A program made the position numbers and the translations under genes. The notes under the pieces are model-generated. The model searched no databases. It was given only the letters and a program-made list of their open reading frames with translations, and was not told the DNA's origin. From Callorhinchus milii (lineage: Eukaryota), in contig NW_024704743.1 of assembly GCF_018977255.1 (NCBI RefSeq), forward strand, positions 4,528,001 through 4,592,000: DNA of 64,000 nt, read 5' to 3'. Below, piece after piece: positions 11,961 through 25,525 of the stretch (within the stretch, counting starts at the first letter, position 1; each line of letters opens with the position of its first letter).

Positions 11961-12355
11961 TCGATCCCAGTCAATTCACTTTACAGTATATCCTGTGAAG
12001 CGCTATGAGACATCCCGATGATGTGATAAGGCGCTTTATCAAATGCAAGGATTATTATTATATTATTATTATCACTGTACAGGGCAATAAATCATGAAAT
12101 GCAAAAAAAGACTCCATGTCTGCAGTTTTACAGACACATTCATCCTTCCGCCTGCCCATGACGCTGTCTCCCAGAGTGTTCTTTTAGGAGAGTATTCAGA
12201 ACACAAAGGGTGCAGCTGAACTCGTGTTACCAGTGCATTTGATACAGCACGTCATCGAGACGTGGTCTGCTGGGTGTCCAATGCGTGCGGAAACCCATCA
12301 CTGTGCTTAAGGGAACCTAAGCTAAACGGAGTGCTACGTTTAACCGCATAGTTTA

Positions 12356-12690
12356 CGGAGTCCAGTAGCGTAATTGGTTAGAGCACTCGCCTCGCAAGCA
12401 AAAGAGAACCTGGATTCGATTCCCGGGCAGGACGAAACGTTGGGCACGTTTCCTTACTCCGCACGCTTCTGCTTACCTAAATGGGAACCCGATTGTTAAT
12501 CGATTGGCGGATTACTTTTCCGGGGGTAATAATCCCTTAAGAAAACAATAAAAAAATAAAATTTGGTCCTCAAATCCACGGCTGTTTGTGGGACACTGCT
12601 GTGCGTTTCACCCACAAAATGTGCAGTCAGCTTACTTTACAGTATACCCCGTGAGAGGCTTTGAAACGTCTCGATGGCGTGCTATACCAA
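12356..12690 (+). mobile_element. Full-length tRNA-Ala SINE, long subfamily
   Basis: Head gttagagcactcgcctcgcaagc...ttcgattcccgggcagg, CORE-like body, Deu-like 3' part, tail. Confidence 0.9.
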
Positions 12691-12714
12691 ATGCACTGGT
12701 AACATTGGGCAGGG

Positions 12715-13090
12715 AGGGTAGGAGGGTGGCCAAAGGCTCGGTCGAACAGGAAGGTTTTGAGAGGTGCCTTGAATGAGGCAATGGAGGCGGGGGTGGGCGA
12801 GGCGAAGAGAATGTGGGATGGAGTTCCACAGGGTGGGGGCAGAGAGGCTGAAGGCTTGACTGCCGATGGTGGGGCAGGCCGGGCGGGGGACACGAAGCAG
12901 GCCAGAGCAGTATATCTGTGGACAGAGGTAGGCGACCGAAGGCGCAGTCAAAGGGGAAGGTCCTCGCGTACCATATGAAGACTGGCAAGGCCGGGGGCAA
13001 GGAGGCGAAACATTCCCTGGTTTGGGGGCGCAGCGGCTGAAGGCGTGGCCGCCAACGGTGGGGCGGAGGGGGTGGAGAGTGTGCAGAAAG
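12715..13090 (-). mobile_element. Two adjacent L2 3' fragments
   Basis: Translations PTIGSQAFSLSAPTLWNSIP...FKAPLKTFLFDRAFG and PTVGGHAFSRCAPK. Confidence 0.85.
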
Positions 13091-13747
13091 CTGGCGTCCA
13101 CCCGAGCAATAGTGTTCGGTAGGTAGTGTTCCGAAAGGTTTCGTCTAATTGCGCTTCCAACTGCAATTGTATTCTGCGACTCCTGGTAATTAATGTCATT
13201 CAAAAACAAATAGGCTTTGTTATCTCAGGAGACTTTGGTGTTGCGCTCGTCTGATACATGTGTGTTCTGAGTCACGAGAACACAGGGTTGATTTGGTGGA
13301 AGAAGGTCATTCCATCTCATCCCTCCATAACATTTTGAACACGCCTGTGATTTTAATACTGCTGCTGAAACTATATTTTCCATTCTTGTTTTACATAAGT
13401 GATATGTGGATTTTGAGCAATCATATCGAAAGGAAAATTCGACCAATTCAAACCACAAAGGGCTGACTTATCCACACAGTAACAAATAAGAAGTTCTGCC
13501 TTTTTGACAACATTAAAACAAGTGTTTTTTGCCCACAAAACACGCAGTCCATTCACTTTACAGTATGTTCTGTGAAGCGCTTTAAGACGCCTCGAAGACG
13601 TGATAAGGCTCTATATCAAATGCAAGGATCGTTACAACATAAAAGCGTGCACTATGGTGTGTTTTTTTTAAAAAAACCTGCATTTATCAAGCGTCTTTCA
13701 TGTAAAATAAACATCTCCATGTGCTTTACCGGATATAATCGATTAGA

Positions 13748-14128
13748 AATAATAATAATCAATTGCATTTGATACAGCGCTTCCTCACATCTTCGAGACG
13801 TCTCAAAGCGCTTCACAGAATAAACTGTAAAGTGAATCGACTGTGTATTTTGTGGGCAGAACGCGGCAGCCGACTGCGCACAGCAGCGTCCCCGCAAACA
13901 GCCGTCGATTGAAGTGACCAATTCATTCTTATTATTATTTGGAAGGAATTATTACTCCCGGAAAAGCGATCCGCCAATCGAATAACAACCGGCTTCCTAC
14001 TTACTCTGAGGTAAACGGAGGCGTGTGGAGTAAGGAAACTTGCACAAGGTTTCGCCCCGCCCGGGAATCGAACCCAGGACCTCTCGCTTGCGAGGCGAGT
14101 GCTCTAACCACCGAGCTACAGACTCCAC
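13748..14128 (-). mobile_element. Full-length tRNA-Ala SINE, long subfamily
   Basis: Complete head, body and tail; lies tail-to-tail with a partial plus-strand copy at 13525-13630. Confidence 0.92.
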
Positions 14129-14314
14129 GAATGAAAGTAAAGGTGAATCGACTGCATATAGGCATATGCAGCGACATTCCACAACTGACAATGGGACGCA
14201 TCTCCAATTCATTTATTTTGGCAGCAATTTGGACAGAGAGAGCGAAAGAAAGAGAGAGAGAGAGAGGGAGAGAGAGGGGGAAGTATAAGCCCAGATAACT
14301 TGGCAAGGACTTTT

Positions 14315-14388
14315 CCTTTGATGTGGCGGTGGCAAGGTTGTATCTGCCTTGTGGCTCTGCACAAAGCACATTGGTCAAACATCAAAGG
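14315..14388. promoter_or_regulatory. Inverted pair of TCF/LEF consensus sites
   Basis: CCTTTGATGT at 14315-14324 and its exact reverse complement ACATCAAAGG at 14379-14388, in unique DNA. Confidence 0.4.
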
Positions 14389-15169
14389 GCTTTGGTGCCT
14401 GCCTCGATTGGTGTGCCGCGAGTGAGCTTAGCAGTTGCTTTTGGAGCAATGCACCTCCGAATGAGCCCGGCGGGAGCACCACAACTCGGCATAAAATATC
14501 CACCAAACTCCTGACCACAACATAAATCCCTCGCCATTGACGGAGCTCCAACCGGTTCGAGCTTTGGGGCTTCAGATGCAGTTGAGCAGTAGCTTACCTC
14601 TCTGGCAACCAATCAAGATAGGCACCAAGCCCATAAAATGCAGTCAATCTACATTTCAATGTATCCTGTGAAGCACTTTGAGACGTCTTTAGCAGTGTGA
14701 TAAGGCGCTACATCAAATGAGGATTATTATTTTTATTAGCGGTATTATTATTATTATATAAGCCCATTTTTTTTATCAGAGGTTTATTGTCAAGTACTGT
14801 ATTTGGTTATTCTAATACAATAATTAGACAATAATCAAATCCACGCCGTCATTTCTATGATTACGAAACTGCTATGAAAATGGATTAATTAATGGTTTAT
14901 GACGGTGGGGGGGTGGGGGGATGGGGGGCAATTAGGAAACCATGCAGAGCTTGGTATTGGAACTCATTATATGTATATTCAAGCCTGTCAGCACCGTACC
15001 AGAGGGTAATGAGGGTCAAAGAATTAGTTTGTTTCTTACATTCTGTGTTTGTGACTGTAGGGTGGTTTGTGTGTGTTTATGTGCGTGTGTGTGTGTATGT
15101 TTGTGTGTTTGTGAGTGTGTGTGCACTGGGAATTGCTTTTTTTAAAAAAAACACTCCAATGTCTCCCTT

Positions 15170-15475
15170 TATTACTACGTTAAAGGCCTTTATTATTACA
15201 GTAAAGGCTATTATTACTACCGTAAATATCTTGGCTCTGCCAATGCAGAATACTCTCCAGAATGAAGTCAGCAGGATGCATCCCTTCAGGCACAGAGTGC
15301 GCATTTCATTCCAATAAATATCTCTGGAATTTCCACACGTAGGTGCGAGGCATGGAATTCTCAGCTTGGTTTGGATATTCTTAAGCACGGCGACGGCTTT
15401 CCGCATGGGTCAGACACCCGACTGACCCTCTCCCCCCCCCAAACAAAACGACGATAAAACTCGCTCAAGTCCCGT
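15170..15475 (-). repeat. Unclassified interspersed repeat (other copies at 12282-12325, 31910-31990, 58480-58700, 58930-59115)
   Basis: Shared cggaaaccc.tc.c.gtgcttaag...gctgagaattcc...ggaaatt...aatgcgcactct...atgcatcctgct.ac.t.attc..gaga. Confidence 0.75.
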
Positions 15476-15714
15476 TGAATTTCCTATATAATCCAGTTTC
15501 GTGGAGTTTCACACAACTCATACTTTGCATAAGTCATATTAAATGTATGATCACAGCTGATATGGCTTATGTGAAGTTTACTTTAGCAATTTCAGTCGAG
15601 GTAGCCTTATGCGGATGTACATAGTGGTACATAGTTCCCCGATCTCACTCCCAAGTGGTCATTCTTCAAGCCACATTGAGTGTCCAAGGAACTAACCGAA
15701 CGACGTGTGAAGGC

Positions 15715-15925
15715 GCTTTTTCACGTGATAATCCCTTCAAGTTTGGTCACTTCAATCCACGGCTGTTTGCGAGACGCCGCTGTGCGCAATTGGCTGCCGC
15801 GTTTCGTCCGCAAAGCGCACAGTCAATTCGCTTCACAGTATTTTCTGTGGAACGCTTTTGAGACTTCTTGAAGATGTGGTAAGACGCTATATCAAGTGGA
15901 AGGATTATTATTATCATCATTATAA
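15715..15925 (+). mobile_element. tRNA-SINE 3' half
   Basis: ataatccct...ggtcacttcaatccacggctgtttg...aaggattatta. Confidence 0.8.
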
Positions 15926-16439
15926 TAACTGGCCCTGTGTGTACACACAGCAGGAAAGGGGGATGGGGCTCAATGAACAGTGAAGATTGTGAAACCCTGG
16001 ATGATTTGCTTCCAAATTGCAGCCAACTGCAGGGCCTCGAAACATATAATGCCGTATTTGTTCAGATTGCTATTCTGATGAGTAACGTGCCTCATTGTTA
16101 GCGAGGGGAATTAGAACTCTTTCATGTTCTTTGAGTTTAATAGTTAGCTGAACTCGTAATACACTTACTTGGTCTGGTTATTCATTATTCATGTCAGGCT
16201 GGCGTATTAAACTGTCCCCGGTGAATCGGGATGTTTTAGCATCCACAGTTTCCAGCAGTAATCTACAGTACTTCATAGTTTTCACGTCGAGAGAGGATCC
16301 ATTCATTCATTACGTCCGTCTTGTCTTTGAATATGTAAACACCCATTGAGATAATCTTAGTTCGTTACGTGTGGGTGGAAAACCGTGGAGAAATGTAGCA
16401 TTGTTACGACTCGTTTTCGGAGGATATAATCTTATCAAT

Positions 16440-16790
16440 TTGCATTCACTCTTCGCGCACGTTGAGAGGACATATCAAAGCAGCTTTACACAGCTGGACT
16501 GGGCACCCGAGCTCGGGGGAGTGGGGTGGTGGGTGTGGGGGTGGGGGTGGGGGGGAGGGGAGAGCTGAGGAGGGGAGGGAGGGGTTCCAGGATGGAGTTC
16601 CAGAGAACAAGGGCACAATTGCTGAAAGCTCACCCACAGATCGGATGATGCCAACTGAGTGGTGGGTGCAGGCGGGGTAGGATTTGCAGGAGGTCACACA
16701 GTTAAGTGGGCTTGAGTCCGTGGAGGGATTTGAACGTGAGGACCAGGCTCTCGAACACGATTTGCTGGGGACGTGGGGCCGAGCGCAAAT
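16440..16790 (-). mobile_element. Degenerate L2 3' fragment with G-rich 3' UTR
   Basis: gatggagttccagag, gctgaaagc and G-runs as in the full L2 3' end. Confidence 0.65.
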
Positions 16791-18778
16791 TAGCCTGTTA
16801 AATAAAACGTGAAAAACTCCATGGAAGCAACGGTCTGAGTCTTCAATCTCTTGGGGCACTTCTTTCAAGTTCAAACCTTATAGAGGAGAATGCCGGAAAA
16901 TAAATAGCTTTCTATTCCTCTCGGTTTAAAAAAAAACCCTTTTGTGGATTGAATGCTACACCTTGTATCGATTCCTTAAAGCGTAGGCAATTTATGGTTG
17001 CAAACTGAAGCTAAGAGATGGTAAGACTTCCAGTCACATAATTCAGTGTTGTGGTTCTAAAACTGATTGAAATACCCTTTGATTGTACCGTACGACTAGA
17101 GCAAGATTGGTGCAATTTAAGAAACAAACGCGTCTACATGTAACCCACGCAGATAACCGCTAGTCTTGGACTACCGTGATTCTTTGACCGTGCTTTTGGT
17201 GCCTTGGGAAGTCCTCCCGACGTGAAAGCCGCTCTATATATGTAACTTTGTTGTTGTCGTTGTCATCTTTCCCTGACCCGCTCCCATCTCCAGTCAAACC
17301 GGCCTTCCAACATTGTTAACTGCTTTGAGACGTCCCCCTGATGTGAAGGTTCTATATAAATGTAAATTGTTTTCTATTGTACTGTGTTGATACAGATGTT
17401 CTACTTCACCGGAGTTATTCGGGGCTGGGTCAAGTGAAGAAATTTGTACCCTGTGTTCCTTTTTTTTAACGCCTTTTAACTTGAGCTATCAATCGTTTAC
17501 TAACAGGTCAGCAAATCACTGCCATCCGACAGAATATTGATTTTGTTGCATTACGCAGCGCTCCTAGAAGATTGCTCCAACGATAGCGTTCTATTCCATT
17601 CCTTAGCCTTTCTCCTGCGTTTTCGTCCATAAAACACACGCTCTTGGTACAGGTCCAACCCTCTCCCTGGTTAAGTAATTATCCGGCTCCTTATTAAATG
17701 AATCAACTGGCTTACTCTTCCTTTCGCTGCGACTGTGTTCCAGAGGGGAGAAAGCGGTATGATGGGAGTGGTGGGTGGGAGGGAAAGAGATTGCCTTATT
17801 TGTACTCTCTCCCTTGGTTGTTTATAAATTGGTGAGGCCTGAAACTCTCATAGTCATAGGCTTTTGAATGTTACTTTGACATTTACGGCATACCGCACTG
17901 AAACTGGCCATTCAGCCTAACTCGTTCGTGCCAGTGTTTATTCTCCACACGAGCCTTCACCCATATTAATTTCTCCCCTTATTATTATTATTGTTATTAT
18001 TATTTTTTACCCTTTTTACTGCCAGCGTATCTGGAGAATACTATAACCCCTTCTTTCCATCATCCTGTAACGCCATAATTGTATTTCTTACACTTCATGT
18101 CCCACTTGAAGGACAAAATCACTTATTACTGTAATAATTGGCACTGATTCATATTGGAATTAGTTTTGATGCTGTAACAGTTGTGCGTTGCAAGTCCCTG
18201 CTTGCTCACAGCTTGCGGCACGACAGACAGCGTTAGCATTCTGGAAGGATACCTCGAGATCAAATGGGCCCAAAGGGCTTTCTTTAGCTTAGTATCTGTC
18301 ATGATGAGTCAGGGCTTTCATGAGAGGATAGTTCGGGGCAGAGAAGGGGTAGTGGGTGGATGAGTGGAGGGAGGGAGAGAGGGAGCGAGGGAGGGATTGA
18401 AGGCGGGCTGCCACTTCCAGCATTTATCCTGGTGTTTGCGAGAAGCCAAGTTGATGCGATGCGCACCATCTTGTGAATGTGCTCTTATTCCAATAACGGG
18501 CCGTGCTGTACGTCAGGGACAAAACCTGGGCATAGCCCACGTCCGAGAGATGAAATATGAAGTCAACATCAAATGTGAGTTTCGCACCAAGAGTTGTCGC
18601 CCTTTGTTTTGCAATATCTCTTCATCTCGTTGGAAACGGACACAATTTTAACGTTTGAAATCGAACAGGGAACGAACGGTATAGAACAACTGAAAACGCA
18701 CACAAATGGGTTTTCCATTGATTTGAGCTATTGTGGCAGGAAATTCCTATTCAGAATTTGGTGGGACATAAACCTGGG

Positions 18779-19110
18779 ACACACACACTCACAGACAATA
18801 ACAGACACAGACAGACTCACACCCACAGACACACACACACACTCACACACTAACAGACACAGAGAGACTCATACCCACAGACAGACACACACACTCACAG
18901 ACACTAACAGACACAGAGAGACACACTCACAGACACTAACAGACACAGATAGACGCACACCCACAGACAGACGCACACACACTCAGACACTAACAGACTC
19001 AGACACACACTCACAGTCACTCACAGACACACACTCACAGTCACTGAGAGACAGACGCGCATTCACCCACATTAGCGTCGTTGAGTAAACACACATTCTC
19101 AGACACAGAC
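18779..19110. repeat. Complex CA/CAGA microsatellite
   Basis: Repeats of cacactcacagacactaacagacacag. Confidence 0.9.
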
Positions 19111-19908
19111 GCATATGTGATCCATTTCCTGCCGTTGTTGAGTTCCTAATCTCAGCCGTGCTGTTCCAGTGAGACTCAGCTGAGATTGATGCAACACACT
19201 TTTACAATACAATCTACATTAACATAGCGCCTTTCACAACATGAGGACATCCCAAAACTTTAGCCAAAGCTGTAGGTGGAAGCAGATTGAGGTACACAGC
19301 CATGGGAGTTGAGAAAGAAAATTAGACAGTATGTCATGTGTCCTCAGAAGAGGCACGTTGGATGGGTTGAAATCTTTATGGGCTGAACTTTAACCGCAAA
19401 TTTCAAAGCCAAAATAGCGACCTGCTCCCACCGGTCTGTTTAATGCTGGAACATTCACAATTTTCCTTTTAATCAATTCAGCCTTTCCCAGTCAGGTCAG
19501 TGACAGAAAATATCAAACCAATTAAGAGTTCAGGTACTAATCATCTTGAGTTAAGTGTGTGTTTTTTTTTTAGCGAGGTGCTATTGAAATGACTAACGGT
19601 TCTCGATCCGGTAATTGGACAAGTAAAAATAGACTTTCTAATGCCTCTGTCCTCAGGTCAACTTTCTCTGCCTTTGCTCTGAGCTCCTTGTGCTGCCTGG
19701 CGTGATCTTGAGGAACCGATAGTCAATCTGTGTGTGATCCCTGATTAGTGAGCTTTTATAACAGTCTTTGCATTTGATACAGCATCTTATCACGTCTTCG
19801 AGAAGTTTCAAAGGAGCTATAGCAAAGCGGTGTGATTGTGTATTATATGGGTGAACAGTTGGGATGGCCTCCTGACGTGAAAGGCGCTATATAAATGTAT
19901 TTGAACAG

Positions 19909-20200
19909 TGTAGCTCAGTGGTTAGCAAGCGAGAGACCTGGGTTTAATTCCTGGCAGGCTGAAACCTTGGGCAAGTTTCCTTGCTCCGCACGTCTGATAA
20001 TAAGCCCTCAAGAAAAAAAACAATAATAATCTGGTCACTCAATCCACGACTGTTTGTGGGGTCGCTGCTGTGCGCAATTGGCTGCCGCGTTTTGCCCGTA
20101 AATATACAGTCAATTCACTTTACAGTATATTCTGTGAAGCGCTTTGAGACGTCTCGAAGACCTAAAAAGCGCTATATCAAATGCAAAGACTATTTATTTT
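19909..20200 (+). mobile_element. tRNA-SINE, short subfamily
   Basis: Head with a small deletion; ctccgcacgtctgataataa junction; tail. Confidence 0.88.
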
Positions 20201-20299
20201 AACACAGCAGCCAATTTGCGCACAGCACAGATTACAGTCAATCCAACCCTGTCCTCACCTCATATTGCACGTGCACTTTCTGGCTCGGCAGTTTTGCTG

Positions 20300-20480
20300 A
20301 TAACAATAATAATAATAATGCTTGCATCTGATATAGCGCCTTATTACGTCATCGAGACGTCTCAAAATGCTTCCCAGAATATACTCCAAAGTGGATTGAC
20401 TGCATCTTGTGGGTGAAGCGAGGCAGCCAATTGCACACAGAAGTGTGCCACAAGCAGTCGTAGATTGGGTGACTATATTA
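20300..20480 (-). mobile_element. SINE 3' part
   Basis: (AAT)n then gcttgcatctgatatagcgcctt...ggcagccaattgcacacag. Confidence 0.78.
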
Positions 20481-21555
20481 TTATTATTAATATTGTTTTT
20501 GGTGCTAGTCGTGGAGTAATACTTGACATGGGAATTGGCCAGCAGCTCCTCGCACCTATCTCAGCTGATTTGTAAGTTCATGCATCAGTTTGCTTTCATT
20601 TCGCCTGCGTATACTGAACACGTAATTACAGCTTGCACAAGTAAGTGTAATTGGGTTAAAAAAAGACTTCTGCTCTGGTTTCTGTTCGCTCGAGACTTAA
20701 AATGGTTTAAATCTATTTTTTTCCCTCCCCAAAAAATTGGATTTTGTTCTCGCAAGGTTTACGTAAGATGAATGAATGTTGGAACAGAGGTGCTCTGGGG
20801 AGATAATTCAATTGGTTCATAAATTGCAAATGGGTGGTGGTTGAGCCTTGAAATGAATATTTTTTTTTCTTTCTTGCCACGGTTCTAAGTGTCTCTTCTG
20901 AGAGTCTGTGGATTTGCATTGACCTTATAAATATGTCATGTGGCTTGTTCAGATGATTCTTTTTTCTTAAAAAAAAGCTGCAGTATTCTCTGTGTGCATG
21001 TGTGTGTGCGTGTGTGTGCGTGTGCGCGCGCATGCTCATTTTTTAATTTAAAAAGTATTGTTTTCGATCAATATTCAATTTGACGTTAACCTACAAAGTT
21101 GGAGGATGTTTGAAAGTCGACAGAACATACTGCCTGCCTTACACCAGGTTAACCTTATTTTTGGGACTGATAGCTCAGTCGTGCAACAGGGTAGCTTATC
21201 AAACCGCTAACTGTGGTCGTAAATGAATACTTTCCAGCCTGTGTTATTCACTTGTCTCTCAGCAACATTTCAGCAGAGCGGCCAGTGTAAATCTCAGCTC
21301 TACTGGTAGAAGGGATTGTTCCCACTGGACTCCCGTTTATAATAATAATAATAAATATCCTCACATTTAATGTAGTAGCATTTACATCAGGAGCACGTCT
21401 CAAAGAGCTCCATAGGATTTTACTGTGAAGTGGGGTGACGTTTTTGTGGGTGTACGCGGTTAACCCTACAAGCCAAAGCCCAAGGTGCTAATCTGGGACA
21501 AGCAAGCAGTGTGAAGCTCGCCAGATATCTTTCTCAATGACAAGCTACGCTGCAT

Positions 21556-21692
21556 TAATAATAATAATAATCCTTGCATTTGATATAGCGCTTTTCACGT
21601 CGGGAGGACGTCCCAAAGCGCTTCACAGAATAGACTGTAAAGTGAATTGACTGTATATTTGTGGGCGAACGCGGCAGCCAATTGCGCACAGC
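21556..21692 (-). mobile_element. 5'-truncated young SINE (L2-identical tail)
   Basis: cacgtcgggaggacgtcccaaagcgcttcacagaa; almost identical to the 7128 copy. Confidence 0.9.
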
Positions 21693-21867
21693 AAGCTGAT
21701 TAATCTCCAGTAGTGTTGTACCCCCCCACCACCCAATGCACACTCTGTGGTCTCAAGCCTTGCCTCTTGCCATCCTCCGCAGGGGACCTGTGTTATAAAT
21801 GAGCGTGTGCTCCAGCAAAGGGCTTTGGAACTAATTATATCTGAATGATGTTTCCAACCTTTAGAGG

Positions 21868-22130
21868 TAATAATGATAATAATCCTTGCACTTGATATAG
21901 CGCCTCATCGCGTCTTCTAGACGTCTCAAAAGCGCTTCCCAGGAAGCGCGTGACCGTGTGTTTTGTGGGCGAAATTCGGCAGCCAATTGCGCACGGGAGT
22001 AGCCCACAAACAGTCGTGGATTTGAGTGACCAATTTATGATTTACTGTAGAGTGTATTTGTAGGCGACCGAGGCAGCCAATTTGCGCACAGCAACATTTC
22101 TCACAAACAGCCATGAGGTGAATGACCAAT
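21868..22130 (-). mobile_element. SINE 3' fragments (two)
   Basis: SINE tail and two ggcagccaatt(t)gcgcac segments. Confidence 0.72.
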
Positions 22131-22682
22131 TGATATCGGGTGGTGGGGGGGCGGGAGGGGGAGGGGTGATTGACCAGGACAAGTTGTTGTTGTTGTCCTC
22201 TTCATCTCAACGTCGTCACGAGACTCAACCACCTGCCGCTCGCACACACGTCCCTTTCAGGAAGTACACGTGACATCAAAAGGTCTTCTCGCTACGGAAA
22301 CGGTGTGGGCTTTTTCAGATGTTTTCCTATGTTACGTCAGTGCTCCGAGCAGCGCAGCAGTTGACAGAGTGTCAGCCTGGAGACTGCGAATCTTGTCTTG
22401 TCAATGTGCCATTTATCATTCCCAAGCAACGCTCGGTAAAATTGGCATCTTGAAGAATTAGTTTTTTAATCCGCACTGCCTTTATATCGGCGATAACGTT
22501 TTATAGTCTAAACAAATTGGCAGGTGATTGTTTTAAGTGGATTATAGTCCGAGCTTGACACAGGCACTGTATGATTAAGTGGACGCTGGAAAAAAAACAT
22601 CATTTTTCTGCCCATTTTTGTTTATTGAATTTTTCCAACAACTTGAACCACACAAGGAGATGACCTAGAATTAAATAACTCA

Positions 22683-22834
22683 ACAAAAAAAAGCAAAAAT
22701 ACTGCAGATGCTGGAGATCTGAAATAAAAACAGAAGCAGCTGGGAACACGCAGCAGGTAAGGTAAGGCAGCATCTATGGAGAGAGGAAAATGAGTTAACG
22801 GTTCAGGTCTACCTTTCGTCAGAAGTCTAATTCT
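22683..22834 (-). mobile_element. Penelope-type short non-autonomous element with a 14-bp TSD
   Basis: aatactgcagatgctgg...ggcagcatctatggagag...gagttaac motif shared with 53608-53842; AATTAAATAACTCA at 22669-22682 and 22835-22848. Confidence 0.7.
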
Positions 22835-24211
22835 AATTAAATAACTCACTCCGGCAATGCTTTCATGTCTCTTGACTATGATATAGCTACGACAATAATG
22901 ATGTAAATATTAACATGTTATATTAATATTAAATATTAATAAAAAGGCATGTTTTTCCCTAGTTCCTTCATTGGCATCTCTTTTTTCTTGCGGTAACTGT
23001 GAAAATCTTTCTCTCCCTCTGCTCATGTGTGACCTGATGCCAAACCCCTTTAGCTATCTAAGCATCGTGGTTCATTAAGTTAGACGTCTTTTCGCTTAAA
23101 CACACCGGTTTAATGCAGCACAACGCCAGCACTGCATTGAAGCATCAGCCCCAAACTGTAGGACTTCAGAGGCCTGATGCGGGGCTCGAACCCACAACCC
23201 CAGGAGGTGGCAGGCACGTACGTGTGTGTCTTGTTCTCAAGTCCGTGCCAAGCTGAGACCCCTTGCCCTCCACCCCTCTTGACTCCGGCCAACACAGCTC
23301 AGGTGGAAACCCTTGACTTGTCCAGCGCCTTGGGAGAGTTCCTCCGCGCCAATATAAATCCAAGTTGTCGTTGCATTGATGACCGTTTTGTACATCGGGG
23401 CCGCGGGTTGGAAGTGACGCGTCAACTTCCTTCTTTTCCCCCCTCAAAAGCAATCTGGAAATTTAGCTTCAAGCTGGACTGCAGCTTACACCGTCTTGAC
23501 GTTGACAGAATGTGTGCACTTTTTGCAATTGAAACCCTCAGTGATGGATCTGCCGGTAGAATTGTTTTGAACCAAAGTTGATGACATTAAAAAAAAAATG
23601 TGGTGAGGGAAGAACCCCGGTGGCAGTGATTTTGCGAGCGCTATTTCATTTCTTTTTTTTTTTTTGCAAGTTGCCAAAAATTGCTTATCGGGTCCTCTTT
23701 CAAGGAACAATTTAGATACTGGGCTATTGATTTTTTTTCGCAGTTTATCTCTCTCTGCAGGCAGATAACAAGTGGAAAGAGAATAATCTCTTTCAGGATA
23801 AGATTATCACGTATTTGCAAACATTGGTGCAGTGTTTTTTTTTCCCCCTCTCCAATCCTTGTGTAATGTCATTTTCGAAGAGTGGTCCTAAGCTAAGAAT
23901 TAACCTGGAGTGGGGAGCGGGGAGTGGGGAGAGCGGGGGGTGAAAGTAGCAGTGGTATTGATGTAAATCGATAGATAATAGAGGTTTTACTTTGATTTCA
24001 TAAATTGAGAGATTGTGCAACTCGCAAGTGCCGAAGGCACGGCATTATTTGCGAGCCAGCCCTGGTACTCTGTACAAAGCTGTTTGGGGCCTGATAGCAA
24101 AAGCAATGCTGGCACATCCGTGACCAACATAACTAGATGAATGCCCTCTGGCTTAAACCCATACTGCGGCTGCGTGTGTGTCCTCATATATATTATATAT
24201 ATCAGCCAGAT

Positions 24212-24860
<649 letters not shown>

Positions 24861-25304
24861 TCTAATCACTGCACCATTGCTCAGGGTTAGGTAGCGCACT
24901 TGTTCCCCCAGAAAGATACACGCCACGGGATTCCAATTGCTCTGTGTTGAGGACCCTTTCGACTCTCAGCAATAATAATAAAATAACATTTTGTTTTAAT
25001 AAAAGGGCCACAAAACAGCCGCCAAAACAGCTCGAGACGCATTAAGCGCTTTGAAATGTGTTGAGGCTTTACGTAGGCGAACGGTGCAGTTAAATCGAGA
25101 GAGAGCAGTGAGCTGTGGGACGCAAACGTGGACCGAGACACTGAGGAAGGGGGTGCGAAGCGGAGGGATTGAGGGAAGGAGTTCCAGAGTTACGTAGCAG
25201 GTCTTTCCCCACCTCTCTGTTGCCCCCCACACCTCCCCACCCCACTCAACCTCATGGAGGGACAAATTGTGAGCAGTCTGTTCGCTGAGCTTTTGCTGCA
25301 CAGT

Positions 25305-25525
25305 TTACGTCGAGGAGGAACTACTTCACCTCTTTCACTCCGAGGGCGGGGAGATGGTGGAACTCGCTGCCGGAAGCGGTGGTTGAAGCAGACGGTGGAG
25401 GCACGTTCGAGAGGGAGCCAGAACCTTCACCGGGAGGGAGAGGGGAACAGCGGGGCCCCCGGGGGAGGGAGTCGGAGACTCGGGTGACGCACAGACACCG
25501 CCCCGGACTTGCTGGGCCCGTCTCG
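25305..25525 (+). mobile_element. GC-shifted CR1 3' fragment
   Basis: ttcactccgagggcgg...tggaactcgctgccggaagcggtggttgaagcagac (WNSLPEAVVEAD). Confidence 0.7.
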
